A stretch of DNA of 64,000 nt. Source: the human T2T-CHM13v2.0 reference genome, Homo sapiens. Position numbers and translations under genes: made by a program. The first letter of the stretch is position 1; each line of letters begins with the position of its first letter. Below, piece by piece: positions 1 through 17,328 of this stretch. The stretch lies in the NCBI RefSeq assembly GCF_009914755.1, contig NC_060936.1; one strand, written 5' to 3'. Under the pieces are notes generated by a model. That model searched no databases and was not told where the DNA came from. It was given only the letters and a program-made list of their open reading frames with translations.

Positions 1-813
1 ACTGTGATTGCGTCACTGCACTCCACCCTGGGCAATAGAGCAAGAACTTTTCTCAAAAAAAAGGTCATTCATTTTAGTTTCTGTTTCTGAATAAAGGCCA
101 GTCTCAATCATACTTTTCCTTGGAGTCATCTTTATCTTAAGATTTCTCTCTTGGGACAAGGGATGGGGACAAGGAAATGGGAGCCCAGGATGATGCAGGT
201 TGCGTCCCAGGCCAGAAACCCTCGGTAGAGAATGACTCCTCATCCAGAAACAGCTCTCAGTGCAAACTTCTTCCACCATACACGAATGTGGAGGCCAGTT
301 TTCCCCTGAGGAATATGGTTACCTCCATTGAATCCATCAAAATAGGCAAAAATCAAAAATAAATTGTGGCTAAAAGTAGCCTCTTCCTGGGAAATCCTGT
401 CACTTCACTTGTTTGTAAGCTCTTCTACCATTGGCCAGAGTAATTTTGTGTTGACTGAGCAGGGATACTGTAGGCCAAGCCCTGCCTGCCAGGTCTACAT
501 ATAACCACAGTTACATGTTGTGTGATCGTATAGTTAAAGCCAACTGTCTAAACACATTATCAGGATTTCGCAACCAGTGGTAAGAATAGGGGTCGGGAGA
601 GGTGGACGGGGTTTGATCAAGGTGCTAAGGGTACTCTATGTTTTTTACTCAGTGAAGAGCTAGCAATCAGAAGTCATGATCATCCTGGTAAGGTTGGACT
701 GCAGCCCTTTTCTTCTGAAGAAAATACTGGTCTTTGATCTAGATACTTTTTCAGCCTGGTTTTGGAATTTGTCAGAAAGTATGAGAATTAAATTTCACCC
801 TTTTGTTTTCTAG

Positions 814-938
814 TTTTACATGAGGCTGTGAGCACTGGCGATCCTGAGATGGTGTACACAGTTCTCCAACATCGAGACTACCACAACACATCCATGGCCC
901 TTGAGGGAGTTCCTGAGCTGCTCCAAAAAATTCTCGAG
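814..938 (+). CDS. ANKRD13A: ANKRD13A coding exon (likely exon 3), end of the ankyrin-repeat region; exons 1-2 lie upstream of the window
   Basis: ttttctag|TT TTA CAT...CTC GAG|gtatcc; translates (V)[41 protein letters not shown]; 125 nt. Confidence 0.95.
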
Positions 939-1179
939 GTATCCATGAAAATGTGGCCAGGCCATAATCTGAGCTAAATGCTGATACAATTACTGGAGAC
1001 ACAGTTTGACATCCTTGTGTGCCTTCCTAAAGAGTTTTCTGATTCGTGAATATGAAATACTCAATACCAATCACATTATTCCTTGCCCTTCTAATTTGTG
1101 GAAATGTGAGTTCTTTTACAAATTACACTTCTAAGTCACTGGGCTTACCCTTTTAAGTACTATTTAAAAATTATAATTG

Positions 1180-1475
1180 AGCCAGGTGTAGTGGCTCATG
1201 CCTATATTCCCACCACTTTGGGAGGCTGAGGCAGGAGGATTTGCTGAAGCCCAGGAGTTTGAGACCAGCCTGGGCAACAAACAAAGCAAGACTCTGTCTC
1301 TAAAAAAAAATTAGCAGGGCATGGTAGTGCATACCTGTAGTCTGAGCTACTTGGGAGGCTGAGGTAGGATGATCGCTTGAACCCAGAAGGTTGAGGCTGC
1401 AGTGAGCCACCCCTGAGTGAGGGTGCAGTGATCGCACCCCTGCACTCCAGTCTGGGTGACAGAGCAAGACCTAAA
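1180..1475 (+). mobile_element. Alu (old, AluJ-like)
   Basis: Dimeric Alu with AT-rich tail. Confidence 0.85.
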
Positions 1476-1819
1476 ATAATAATAAATATAATAATATAAT
1501 AATAAATGATAATAAAGTAAAAATTAGAACTTAAGGAAAATGGACATCAAACAGTTAATTTGTTTAGGTGCCTGTTTTCTTGAAAGTAGCCTCCTGAGCA
1601 TCTGTAATCTTAGGAAAGTTGTGATAGGTATCACTTACTATGCAGGGATTTTCAGATTCTGTTAAGGCTCAGAGGTCTGTGTGTAACTTCTCCTTGCCAG
1701 GCTTGTCACTTCAGCTATTAGTATTTCGAGACCTTTAGTCCATTGCCCTGATTCATTTATAGAGAAAAATTAATAGCTCTATCGAGAAAAGGAACAACTT
1801 TATTATAAATAAGACAGTC

Positions 1820-2205
<386 letters not shown>

Positions 2206-2445
2206 TTATAGAGAGCCTGTAAATGACCTGCGTACTTAGTGGCTCCAGAAGCTGTCATTGATGTCTTGTCTTTCAACAGTATCTCCTTATAACATACATC
2301 AGCCTTTCTTACCACCTGTTTCTTGGAGGTTGTCTTTGCTCATCATTGGAATGCTGGCAGATTTTACTCCAGGGTAGATTCTTGGCCCTCCTGCCCTGTT
2401 CTTTGGTAAAAATCATGGCAAAGCCTTGCAAGTGTGTAGGAATAG

Positions 2446-2764
<319 letters not shown>

Positions 2765-3252
2765 GCATTTCTCTTCTTGAAGGGTAACTTTTAGATTTCT
2801 GAATCTTTAGGAACTTACAGGAATGGTAGGTAAGAAAATAATCCTAAACAGGGCTGCTGTGGTAGTTTAAAACTTCAGAAAGCCAAATTCTACATGTTTC
2901 AGAGGAAAGTGGAGAAAAATGTTATGTTAACTGGAGGGAAAATCAACTTCCTGAGGAAGTGGAGTCTAGCAACCTCTTTCGGTTTCACAGAGTAGTTCAA
3001 TAAATAGGAAGCACTTGCCAGCACACAAACCTTTTACAGTCAAGTTGCTCGTTGAATGGATGGAATTGACATTCCCTGCCCTTTGCCTAGAATAGGTGGT
3101 TACCCACATTTGCTTGGCAGTGCTTAAGCCCATCTTCCCAGGTTCATCTTTCTCTTACTGTTAGGAACCTGACTGGAACCCTGAATCAGGTTTGACTTTT
3201 ATCCCCCTCCAATCCTCTTATTCTCTTGCTTTCTGTTCACTTTCTTTCTTGA

Positions 3253-3935
3253 TTTTTTGAGATGGGGTCTCACTCTGTTGCCCAGGCTGGAATAGTGCTA
3301 TCTCGGCTCATGGCAACCTCTGCCTCCCAGGTTCAAGCAATTCTTCTGCCTCAGCCTCCCCAGTAGCTAGGATTACAGGCGTGTGCCACCATGCCGAGCT
3401 AATTTTTGTATTTATAGTGGAGATGGGGTTTCACCATATTGGCCAGGCTGGTCTCGAACTCCTGACCTTAACTCATCCACCCGCCTCGGCCTCCCAAAAT
3501 GCTGGGATTACAGGCATGAGTGAGCCACTGTGCCCGGCCATCTGTTCACTTTCTTAATGTCTAGACATATTTTATATCAAGGTAAAATAACACTCTAATA
3601 TTTAATAAAATAAGTAATGGGCTTACACTTGTTTTTTCTTTCTTTTTTTTTTTTTTTCCATACAGTATCTCGCTCTGTTGCCCAGGCTGGAGTGCAGTGG
3701 TGCAATCTTGGCTCTCTGCAGCCTCCACCTCCTGGCCTCAAGCAATCCTCCCACCTCAGCCTCCTGAGTAGCTAGGACTAGAGCGAGCCACCATAGCCAG
3801 CTACTTTCTGTATTTTTTGTGGAGACAGGGTTTTGCCATGCTGCCCAGGCTGGTCTCAAACTCCTGAGCGCAAGTGATCACCCGCCTCAGCCTCCCAAAG
3901 TGCTGGGATTACTGGCATGAGCCACCTCACCCGGC
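3253..3935 (-). mobile_element. Two antisense Alus (3253-3539, 3632-3935)
   Basis: TSDs tctgttcactttct and ggggcttaca. Confidence 0.88.
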
Positions 3936-4076
3936 TAGGGGCTTACATTTTATTTCTTCTTATTTTCTCTTTTTTTTTTTTTTAACCCAGGGTTTTTAAG
4001 AACCCTGTTAACCCCTGCTTATGTTGTGTTGATAGTGCCAAGGGTAATCTGTTTTAAACCTTTGTCTGCCCTTCAG

Positions 4077-4122
4077 GCTCCGGATTTCTATGTGCAGATG
4101 AAATGGGAATTCACCAGCTGGG
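4077..4122 (+). CDS. ANKRD13A: ANKRD13A exon 4
   Basis: cttcag|GCT CCG...TGG G|gtgagt; APDFYVQMKWEFTSW; 46 nt, phase-consistent. Confidence 0.95.
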
Positions 4123-4442
4123 GTGAGTGGCTGTGGGCTCGTTATTTATTTCTCTTTCTAAATTTACTTAGCCCGCATGTAGGTTTATTTTTCCTTTGTA
4201 AAAGTTACATGTATTTTTTTTTAGTCAAGGAAATACATAGTGAAGAATAAGGAAAAATAATCACTGATAGTCCCAGTTAAACACAACTGTTAATGCTTTG
4301 GGTGTTTTTCATCCGGTCTTCCCCGCCATGCATAGGACTTTTCCTCCCAGGCATTCATGAAGGTAGTATATAGACAATTTCATTTCCTCCTTTTGTCATT
4401 TATAGCCGACATCTATATTATTAGTTTTAAAATGTCACTTTA

Positions 4443-4898
<456 letters not shown>

Positions 4899-5340
4899 CA
4901 AAATGTCACTTTAAATTGCTAGAATTTTAATAAGTAGATTTACCATAATTTACTAATTTCCTTATGTGGTTTAGCTTGATTCTTTTAAACTTGTTATTCT
5001 AAACAAGATGAGGTGAATATTGGAATAGCTTATTTTTTTTTAACAAAATGGATATATTTCTCTAAAGTATTACGTAGGCAGTTGACTGACAGTATATTTC
5101 CATAGATGTTCTACTTTCATTTCTTGTAGATAAATTAACGATAACTCCTAACTTACAGGGTTTCAGCTGTTTCCATTTCCAGACTTCCCTTTCAGGCAAG
5201 AAGTCATATTTGTATGAAATGTTTAAATGACATAAAAGTACGTAAAAGAATAGAACTTCAGATTGTTTTGAGAAATGAAATTTTTTTCTAATGCACATAG
5301 TCACTCTTATTTCAGGTTTTGTTAAAAAGTGGCATACTTA

Positions 5341-5769
<429 letters not shown>

Positions 5770-6033
5770 CTATAAATTGGGGCTCATTTCAGGATCAAGA
5801 ATACTCTTGGGAAATTTATTTAGACTTTTTTTCTGGTGAATGGAATGGAAGGTTCATTTTTATTTTTCAAGAGTGATTTCCTGTATGGTAAATATGAAAG
5901 CCAAGAAGTCCGTTGTTTGATGGTCACCATCTTGCCACTCCCCTCCTTTTATTAAATCAGAATCCTGATTTCCTGGCCTAGGTATTCTTCTTGGCCCTTG
6001 AGTTTTTCTCAGTAGTACACTTCTCTCCTCCAG

Positions 6034-6177
6034 TGCCCTTGGTTTCTAGAATATGCCCAAATGATGTCTGTCGCATCTGGAAAAGTGGTGCCAAACTGCG
6101 CGTCGATATCACATTGCTGGGATTTGAAAACATGAGCTGGATAAGAGGGAGGCGTAGTTTTATATTTAAGGGAGAAG
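6034..6177 (+). CDS. ANKRD13A: ANKRD13A exon 5
   Basis: ctccag|TG CCC...GAA G|gtgagt; [48 protein letters not shown]. Confidence 0.95.
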
Positions 6178-6827
6178 GTGAGTGACTTCTCTTGTAGTAA
6201 TCACTGCTCAAGCAAAATTACAGGGTGATTTTTAACCAAGAAAATGCTTTCACATTCATGTGACTTTTCTGTCTGATCCTTCCTAGGGCATGTTTTTTTG
6301 GTTATTCTTATTAATTATTCAGCTCTCCATCCCTGTCTTCGTTCTTGTCTGGCTAGCTCTCCTTCATGTGTCCTTTACCACCCAGCAGTTACCCTTGTGA
6401 TGTGTCTGCTTCACTTTCCTGAGCCTTTGAGCACAGGCCTTCTGTGTGTATCTCTGTATAACCCTCCATAATCAGGCATGAGAAATGGCATTGCTCACCC
6501 AATGTTGTGCATACATAATTTCTGTGAATTCTGTAATAATATATTTTATAAAGGACATTGATGGAATATATTGCTAATAAGAATGCAGATTATTAAGAAA
6601 AATTCCGCACCTTTGGGGAAGATGGCTCAGAGCTTCCTATGTGTTGTGGAAAGCTGGTCAGATAATCCCTGTGCAAATAGGTAGTCGATAATCAGTACAC
6701 TGTAGGTTTTACCAGATAGCACCTGGGAGGACACACATGAAAGATGATACATTTTAACATACGAAGCTTCCTTGTTTTTGCATCTTCCCTACTTTGCACT
6801 TAGTTATGCCTTTGTTTCCATTAATAG

Positions 6828-7017
6828 ACAACTGGGCGGAGTTAATGGAAGTCAACCATGATGACAAAGTGGTCACCACCGAACGCTTCGACCTTTCCCA
6901 AGAAATGGAGCGCCTCACTCTGGACTTGATGAAGCCAAAAAGCAGGGAAGTTGAGCGGCGGCTCACAAGCCCTGTCATTAACACCAGCCTCGATACTAAA
7001 AATATTGCTTTTGAAAG
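6828..7017 (+). CDS. ANKRD13A: ANKRD13A exon 6
   Basis: taatag|AC AAC TGG...GAA AG|gtac; [14 protein letters not shown]...[10 protein letters not shown]. Confidence 0.95.
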
Positions 7018-7458
7018 GTACAAATTTAGACTCTAAATTTTAATGTCTAATCCCCATGCTGCCATCTTGAGTGACATGTATGTATTAATTGTAAATTATG
7101 GATGGATTGGGCTTTTTCTAATATGACATAATAAACACTAGTGGGTTTTAAGATTGATCTCTAACCAGTAGAAATTGTAGCTGACACTCGACACCATCCA
7201 TCATTTTTACAGTTAAGTCTTAGAAGACTTAACCAACATGAAGAGTATGAAGAAATGTCTTCCTTTTCTTTTATGTCTTTTATGTGCCCTTTCTAGTGGA
7301 TTTTACTTGAATCCTATTTTTGTCTTAGTGTTTATGGATCCACAATACTCAGTCCCAGACCACAGAGCGTGGAGTTTCTGGAGGTTAGAATTGACCCAGT
7401 ACTGAGTTCAGTTGTACTGATATTGGTCAGTCAGATTCACACTTACTATATAGTTAAA

Positions 7459-7491
7459 TGTTTGTTTGTTTGTTTGTTTGTTTGTTTGTTT
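7459..7491. repeat. (TTTG)n microsatellite
   Basis: About 8 TTTG units. Confidence 0.9.
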
Positions 7492-7733
7492 AACCCACCT
7501 GTGAGGTTTAATAGTTTAGAGCAAGAATCTGGAGGGGATTCAGTTCTGTTCCAGACTCATAAAGAATTCTCCAGAGAGGTCTGTGCCTTGGTTAATCCAG
7601 ATGAGGACACCATCACTGGTCATGTGCCTCTGGGCCACATGGAGGGCATGGGGGGGCCTTTGAGTAGAGGCTGTCAAAGCTGTTCGCTTGTTTCTACAGT
7701 GGAGACCACTGATCCGAGGGAGTCCTAAGAGCA

Positions 7734-7976
7734 CTGATAGTATTTGCCTAGGATGTCACATCCAGCTTTCTGCAAGCCAAAGTAGCTTAGCCTGAGAAAA
7801 TGGACACTATCATCCTGATAGTATTTGCCTAGGATGTCACATCCAGCTCTCTGCAAGTCAAAGTAGCTTAGCCTGAGAAAATGGACGCTATTATCCTTAT
7901 AGTATTTGTCTAGAATGCCACATCCAGCTCTCTGCAAGCCTAAGTAGCTTACCCTGAGAAAATGGACACTATTATC
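7734..7976. repeat. Minisatellite, 3 x 81 bp
   Basis: Units start at 7734, 7815 and 7896 (ctgatagtatttgcctaggatgtcacatccagct...gagaaaatggacactatcatc). Confidence 0.95.
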
Positions 7977-9055
7977 CTGGACTTAGGCCTTCTTTTCTCT
8001 TGATGAATATAACAACTGTCCTCTCATTATATTTTTCTTTTCTTTCTAGTATAAAATTGGTTAATAAATGTGTTTAGTCAAGCATAAAACTTGTTAAGTA
8101 TCCTTTTCTTCTAATTTAGATTGAGCTGTGGAATTAGGACATCTGTTTGTAATAGAAGAAGAAACCAGTGTGTCCAGGGCTGCTGCTAGGGCAGGAGGGT
8201 GGCATCCCTGGAGGCAGGGTCAGTCCTCTTCTGCCAGCCTCCTTGCACTGGCCTGGCCAGTTGACATTCATGGTCTTTCAGGGACAGCAAAATTTAGGGA
8301 CTGACTGGCTTTCCCTGGGAGGGCCTTGGAAAGACATTTCCAGGCTTCCGCATACCCTTCTGCAGACAGGGAGGCCCCTTCAGCTTAGGGCTCTGTTCAT
8401 AACCCCAGAAGGCAGAGGAAGCTGCCTTTTCTGCCACTGTTCATCCGTAGGGATGAGATGGGGAGGAACTGAGTGCCATCAGCAGGGCTCCTAAATAACT
8501 GCGACTTTGGGCAAGTGGCCTCATCTCTCCAGTTTTCTGTTTCCTTAGCTGAAAGAAATAATTGAGTGAATCTGGAGATGAAATCTCCAAAGTCTGTGAC
8601 TCTTAAGATGTCTTGAGAAGAGACATTGTTCCCCATATTGTTCAACAGTAGAGTTGCCAGAGTCATTGTTTGTTGAAGTGCGATTTGTGAAGAGAGGGTG
8701 ACAATTCCTGGCTGTTACCCCACTGAGTATAAATGGGAAATGATAGCATATTCCATTTGTACCGAGGACTAAGGCACATTTTGTATTTTTGTGCCCACAG
8801 GGTTTTCAGAGTTCTCAAGCTAACTCTTTTGCAACTGACAGTGTGTAGCTGAGAGAGAATTTTTGGAAGACAGCTGCTTTGTTTTAATGGTGCTCAGAAT
8901 TAAATGTGTGCTTGTCGTGCATTGAGCAAGAATTGAGCCACTCCTTAGGATTGATACCAGCTACGAAAAGAATATAGCTGCTCTTGAATGTGAGGTTTGT
9001 TGGTATAAAAAGTGTGTGAATTTACTTCTGATCAGAGGTGTGAGTATTCATTTGA

Positions 9056-9457
<402 letters not shown>

Positions 9458-9860
9458 TAATCCGTTACTCAGAGCTTATGTGTGCAAATTAATACCCTGC
9501 CCTGATGAATTTTTGGCCTGCAGTATATACACTGTGGTTGCAGTTTGAATTTTTCCCTTTTCTGAAAGATTATGCTTTGCCCACCTCAAACAAAATATTC
9601 CCTGCCACCTTCATAGCCTTTCTCCTGATTGTGTAGCAACCACCAAGACACAGTGCCTGTGAAGTGGCCTTTGGTGTGGTCTCAGTGGAGACAGGCAGAG
9701 GTGAAAATGGCACGAGAGGGAAGCCAGGTGTTCTATCATCTTCGGATGCTTTTGCATGCAAAGTTACCAAGGGCCACAGAGTTATTAGGAAATTAAAATT
9801 TAAAACAGGGTATGAACATTGGGTTGAATAACTAAACTGCTTCCAAGAGTGGAAATGCTG

Positions 9861-10405
<545 letters not shown>

Positions 10406-11738
10406 CTATCTCGATTTTCTGGTATTAATGATAAAAGGGGATTGTAGCTTATTAATCAGTTGAGTCTGGTTCCTTACCTTCTGCCCCTGTGACTGTTATC
10501 TTGTTTCTGAAGTGTCAGTTGGAGATAGCATTTGGTATAATACTTTTAGGATTCCTCTGTTTCCATCCACGGGTTGTGCTGTCCTAATTGTAGACAACTA
10601 GTAGGAAAATGGGAGCTCTGATCCCTCCTGTTCTGATGGGCTAAAATAGACACATAAACTCATTATACCATCTGGACTAATTTCATTGACCAAATCCCAT
10701 TAGAAGAAAAGCAAACTATTTGGAAACAAAATGCTAATAACCGCATATGTTCTTTGTAACGTGGCTAACCTGCTGCTGTTCCCTGAGCTTCCTGCATGAC
10801 ATCCCAACCACTCAGTGGTCAGAGCAGAAGTCAGGCTGTTGCCGTAGCCAGGGCCAAGAGGAGCTGGGATGTGATGTCCTAGACAAAGGGTAGGGCTGGT
10901 CAGGGATCCCCTGTGAGAGGGAGCGTTTCCCAGGGCAAGCTGCTTTGAAAAAGAATCAGAGCCTCCTGGCTGCTTTTGGTTCCTAAATACATTTTTTTTC
11001 AGGAGTATGTTGAGTTGAATAACTGAGATTTTGGGCATATTACCAATGCTGCATCTGCCACTGGAATGCTGGGCTACTTTAAAAGGAGTTCCACAGAGAT
11101 GGAATTAACAGCTGGGCTAAAAAAATCTGTTTTTCACATCCTTTGCCCTGCTGCACCAAACCTGCCCAAACATGTGACTCAGCTATTTTGCAGACCTAAT
11201 GGCATCTCCAAGCAGCTCACCACAGTGATGAGTTCCTGGCCCACCTGCTCTTTTGTAAGGAGCAGGATGGTCTGTGCCTCATTGTTCTAAGAATTCCTCG
11301 AGTGAGATGTGGCTACTTGTGGAGATCCCACCATTGACATGCATGTCCCCAGTTAAGATGACCCAGATAAATGCTCTGACCTGGTTACCACCTTGTGGCA
11401 AGCCCTTGGATGCTGGTCATCTTCAGTCACTTCTTTGGGACTGCTGTCCAATAAATGTCACCACCTTTGTCCTCAATGCTGGCAGTTTTGTAAAGAAGCC
11501 AAGATTGGAGGCTTTCTATGCCTGGGGTGAGGCAAATTGATTAATAACTGTGGGAGGAGGGTGGAGGGTGCATAAGCCATCTGTCATTGCTAACCGCCTC
11601 CTGTGGACAATAGGACCATGATTTCCAAGTGTCCTTCACTAACTTAAGCTGGGGGGGAAAAAAACTATAAAGGCTACAGATATAAATCTGAATGGCATAT
11701 TGTACATGTAGAAATTTGTGGTGTTCACTTTTTATCAG

Positions 11739-11805
11739 AACTAAATCCGGATTCTGGGGCTGGAGGACAGATAAAGCAGAAGTTGTTAATGGTTACGAAG
11801 CAAAG
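11739..11805 (+). CDS. ANKRD13A: ANKRD13A exon 7
   Basis: tatcag|A ACT AAA...GCA AAG|gtaaaa; [22 protein letters not shown]. Confidence 0.95.
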
Positions 11806-12750
11806 GTAAAAGGAAACTCTTAAAATAAGATTTAATATAGCTATTTAGCTTCTATGCAAATGAGGAATCTGTTCCCATTTTTTTCATGCATCTGTGCCAT
11901 GGAGATGCTCTGGGGAATGAGAACTGTCTAATGTGTCTCTCACTTGGATGTTTGATTTTGTCTTATTTGACTTTCAGAAAATGGGATAGCATGCCCTGAG
12001 GAGGTCTGTAGCTATGCTAAAGAGAAACAATATGGTAGAGAAATGAGTACAGGTACCAGTTGTTCTGGTAGGAATGACAAGCTAGTCATTCCCTTAATTA
12101 TTTAAAAAAAAAAAAGGAAGAGGAAGGATTAGACTTCACATGTGTTCAAATGTTGTGTAGTAGCTTTTGAGTCTCTTTTTTGTTAAATCAGCTTAATTGT
12201 AATCAGCAGGCGCACAGCCCATTTGCATGACATCAGTGCATTTAAAACATAGTTGTAATAGTGGAGACGATTGTTGATCCAGTCATCTGGCATTTTGTCA
12301 GCTGGAAAGCTGTTTCCTGGCCTTTCAGTCCCTCAGTACAACAGGGATTGATGGCTTTTGGTGTTGGAGCCCAGTGCTGCAGGGTCCTCTGGTGGCCTCT
12401 GAGTGAGCAAAGAAAGGCTTACGTCATGCTCAGCAAGATACATTTAGAAGCACTTGTCATAGTGCTGAGTGTGTTTTCTGCAGCTTTGAATGTTGGGGCT
12501 CCTCACGTGGCATATAGAGAGAATTCTTTGTTAACTGTTATGTTTGATTTTCTAGACCACCATATTCCCCAGTTATCCTTGATAACAGAGCATTTGCTCT
12601 GGCAGTTACAATAATTTTTGTCAGTGCACAGAATGCCTTTTAAATAGTGACTTGCTGGTTTTCTCTACAGCTCATAAGTCTATAGAGAACCTTGTGTTCA
12701 TACCTTTCTCTTCTGCCCAGCAGATGGCTGTCTGAGTCATACTAGTATTA

Positions 12751-13132
<382 letters not shown>

Positions 13133-13434
13133 CTAGATTGCAGGGCATTTGTTTGAGACTATTTAGCCACAGCAGGGCAAGCAGGAAGATGCAGCCTGTC
13201 ACTGCTAACTCCTTAGTATTAAAACTGTCAAACATGGGAGGTAACTGCTGATGCATTTTTCAGTTGATAGTTTATATACTTTCTCTGAAGGATCCTAATG
13301 ATAGTTAACCATTTCTCATTTTTATTTTGCTGGATTGTTTTCTGTTTTTTGCTTCAGCATTCTTGCTTTTGCTGTGCTTACTTTTGGAGTTTTGATTCCC
13401 TGTGTCACTGTTTTCTTTCGCATACACCTCTCAG

Positions 13435-13516
13435 GTTTACACAGTAAACAATGTGAATGTGATCACCAAAATACGCACAGAACATCTGACCGAGGAGGAA
13501 AAAAAGAGATATAAAG
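13435..13516 (+). CDS. ANKRD13A: ANKRD13A exon 8
   Basis: tctcag|GTT TAC...AAA G|gtaatc; [27 protein letters not shown]. Confidence 0.95.
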
Positions 13517-13656
13517 GTAATCACCACCACCCTCCCACCTCCTGTTTTGTTGTTATTTTTTAAGCCTAGAGGGAACTCTTTGTTGGCTCTGTTAAGTTTA
13601 GGGTTAATGTGATTGGGTTGTGTTAAGCCTAACCCTAACTTCTTCTCTCTCTCTCT

Positions 13657-14613
<957 letters not shown>

Positions 14614-14869
14614 TCATTCTTGGAGGTGTTTCCCCATAGTTGGCCTCAGCTGTAATTAAAGCTATTCGTGAGGGCTTGTTTATGTGTTATCAAGAACAAT
14701 TGTTGAATTCAGCCAAAAAAGGAGATAAGGACATTTGAGAATATTTATCATTGGAATGAGTGATTTAGTCCAAACTATTGTGATGAAAGATTTAGACAGA
14801 ACTTGGGGTCCAAGCAAAAACATTGCATGTGGTTGCCACATCCCAGCCCCATCCCAGCCCCACCAGTTC

Positions 14870-15180
14870 TATGGCCTTGTGAAATTACTTCTGCTCTGTG
14901 CCTTAGTTCCTCAGCAGTGAAATGCAGGTGATACCCAACCTTCCTTAGAGTTATTGAGAGGATTAGATGAGTTACGACGTGGAAGCCTTTAGAATGGCGC
15001 CTGCAGTATGTGGTAAGCATGCAGTAATTGTTCACCAGCACCACCACCACCATTGCCATTACTCCACTTTGACAGATGAGGGAACTGAGGCCCAGAACAC
15101 ATGGGTAGCGAGTGGCCAAGGTGGGGTTGGAATCCAGGTCTGGCTCACTCCAAAATCCAGACTCTTCCCATTATTCTGCT
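14870..15180. mobile_element. MIR fragments
   Basis: MIR core words (tttgacagatgagggaactgaggccc; ctctgtgccttagttcctc). Confidence 0.65.
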
Positions 15181-15397
15181 TTAATTCTTACAACTGTTTA
15201 TCTAGTTTAGAGATCCTCATGAAAAGCACCCTATAAAGGATAAATTAGTTTATGGTTATTGTGAATGATTTGATCAGCCAGTCTGTAATTGCATTTCCTA
15301 ATGAGGTAGCTTGGACCAGAAACTTTAATGAAGATCTTTTTTTTATAGCCACAAGTGAGATATAATATTAGACTTTAAACTCCCTACCCCTCTGTAG

Positions 15398-15459
15398 CAG
15401 ACAGGAACCCGCTGGAATCTTTGCTGGGAACTGTGGAACACCAATTTGGTGCACAAGGG
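15398..15459 (+). CDS. ANKRD13A: ANKRD13A exon 9 (NAGNAG acceptor)
   Basis: ctgtag|CAG AC...CAA GGG|gtaagt; ADRNPLESLLGTVEHQFGAQG. Confidence 0.93.
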
Positions 15460-16204
15460 GTAAGTTGAAGCAATGAGCTTTCATTGCAGTTAGATGAAAG
15501 GAAACAACTTGTCTGTGTCTGGGATGGCATTTACTGGATCCTGAACAGCCCACTCTATGTAAAGGCCAAAGATACCCCCAAGCTGGAATTTGAGATACTC
15601 TTTTGGAAGAGAATTAGATGAGTGACTCTTTGAAAATAAATAAGGATTTTAGAGGAGGGGTAGTGATTATAGAAATCAGGTGCTTTCCCTCTTATCCATT
15701 ATAAACGAGGGGCCTCTTTATAGAAATGGAACTTAAAAAGGATTCAGGACTTTATATTGCAACAGAGCACCTTAACAAATATTTTCTTACTTGATGCTCA
15801 CAGTAACTATATGAACTTGGTACAGTGGATGTCCCTGCGGGTCAGAAAAATGAAATTACCTTTCCACTATCAAAGCTAGACAGGGAAACAGCTAGAACTT
15901 CAACTCCAAGTCTTCCAAGTCTCATGCACTTTCAGATATTTCTTTCTTTTTTTCTTTGTTATAATCAGGAGATAAAAATGTAAAGGAGAGTAGAGAAATA
16001 TTTTAAAATGAAGAAATCCATTACACTTCCTGTGTAGTTTGGTGATATCCTCATAGATTTTCTTGTTCCATGCAAAAAAGTTAGTGAATAGAACTTCCCG
16101 GTCTTTAGCTGGTTAACACGTCCACCTCAGACACTGAGTGCCACAGGCCTTCACTTGTGAACATCATTTGGCATTTCTGACTCTCCTGAGTTCTGGCTCA
16201 GCAG

Positions 16205-16335
16205 GACCTCACCACGGAATGTGCTACTGCAAACAACCCCACAGCCATCACGCCTGATGAGTACTTCAATGAAGAGTTTGATCTGAAAGACAGGGACATT
16301 GGAAGGCCGAAAGAGCTGACGATTAGAACACAGAA
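16205..16335 (+). CDS. ANKRD13A: ANKRD13A exon 10 (NAGNAG acceptor)
   Basis: ctcagcag|GAC CTC...CAG AA|gtaaga; [44 protein letters not shown]. Confidence 0.93.
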
Positions 16336-16439
16336 GTAAGAGAGGTTCAGCTGCCATTTTCAACCTATGTATGTTTCAGAAATTGTGCTGTTTTATGGTG
16401 TTATGTTGGATCATTCCACTGCCCTCCCCACCACCCTTA

Positions 16440-16727
<288 letters not shown>

Positions 16728-17170
16728 CTCCTCTGCCCCTTTTTATAAAAAATAATTTTAAAATTACTTTGCCATGAAAGCTAACAGTAGATTGTCCATG
16801 TTATTAGCTCCTTTCCAAATAGAATCTAGATTGGATGTAAGAATTCCTTTTTTTTTTTATTGCTAACCAGCTTCAGCTGATCAAATTCAAATGAAACTGT
16901 TCCACCCGCTATCATTTCTTCATGCTTGCTGTCAATTAAGGCTTTGATCGTGGCAGGTTGTCATGCAGGTCGCTTGCCTTTATTGCCAGATTTTAGGGTG
17001 ATGTGAATTCCTTGTGGCCCTAGACATTTGACCTTTAATAGGTCTGAATTAAGAGATGACTGGGCAGAGTGTGGAGTAAAGCTGCTGTTGTCTAGCCTAC
17101 TGCATAGCAATAATCTCCTTTTCCCATCTGGTGGAGATGACCTCAGTCTTTTCTTGGTTGAATTCTGCAG

Positions 17171-17328
17171 GTTTAAAGCAATGTTGTGGATGTGTGAAGA
17201 GTTTCCCCTCTCTCTGGTGGAGCAGGTCATTCCCATCATTGACCTAATGGCTCGAACGAGTGCTCATTTTGCAAGACTGAGAGATTTCATCAAATTGGAA
17301 TTCCCACCTGGATTTCCTGTCAAAATAG
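17171..17328 (+). CDS. ANKRD13A: ANKRD13A exon 11
   Basis: ctgcag|G TTT AAA...ATA G|gtact; [52 protein letters not shown]. Confidence 0.95.

Noticed and set aside
7725-7937. Periodic 70-aa ORF / CRISPR-like appearance
   Set aside because: A by-product of an 81-bp tandem repeat; units are contiguous with no spacers, and the context is eukaryotic.
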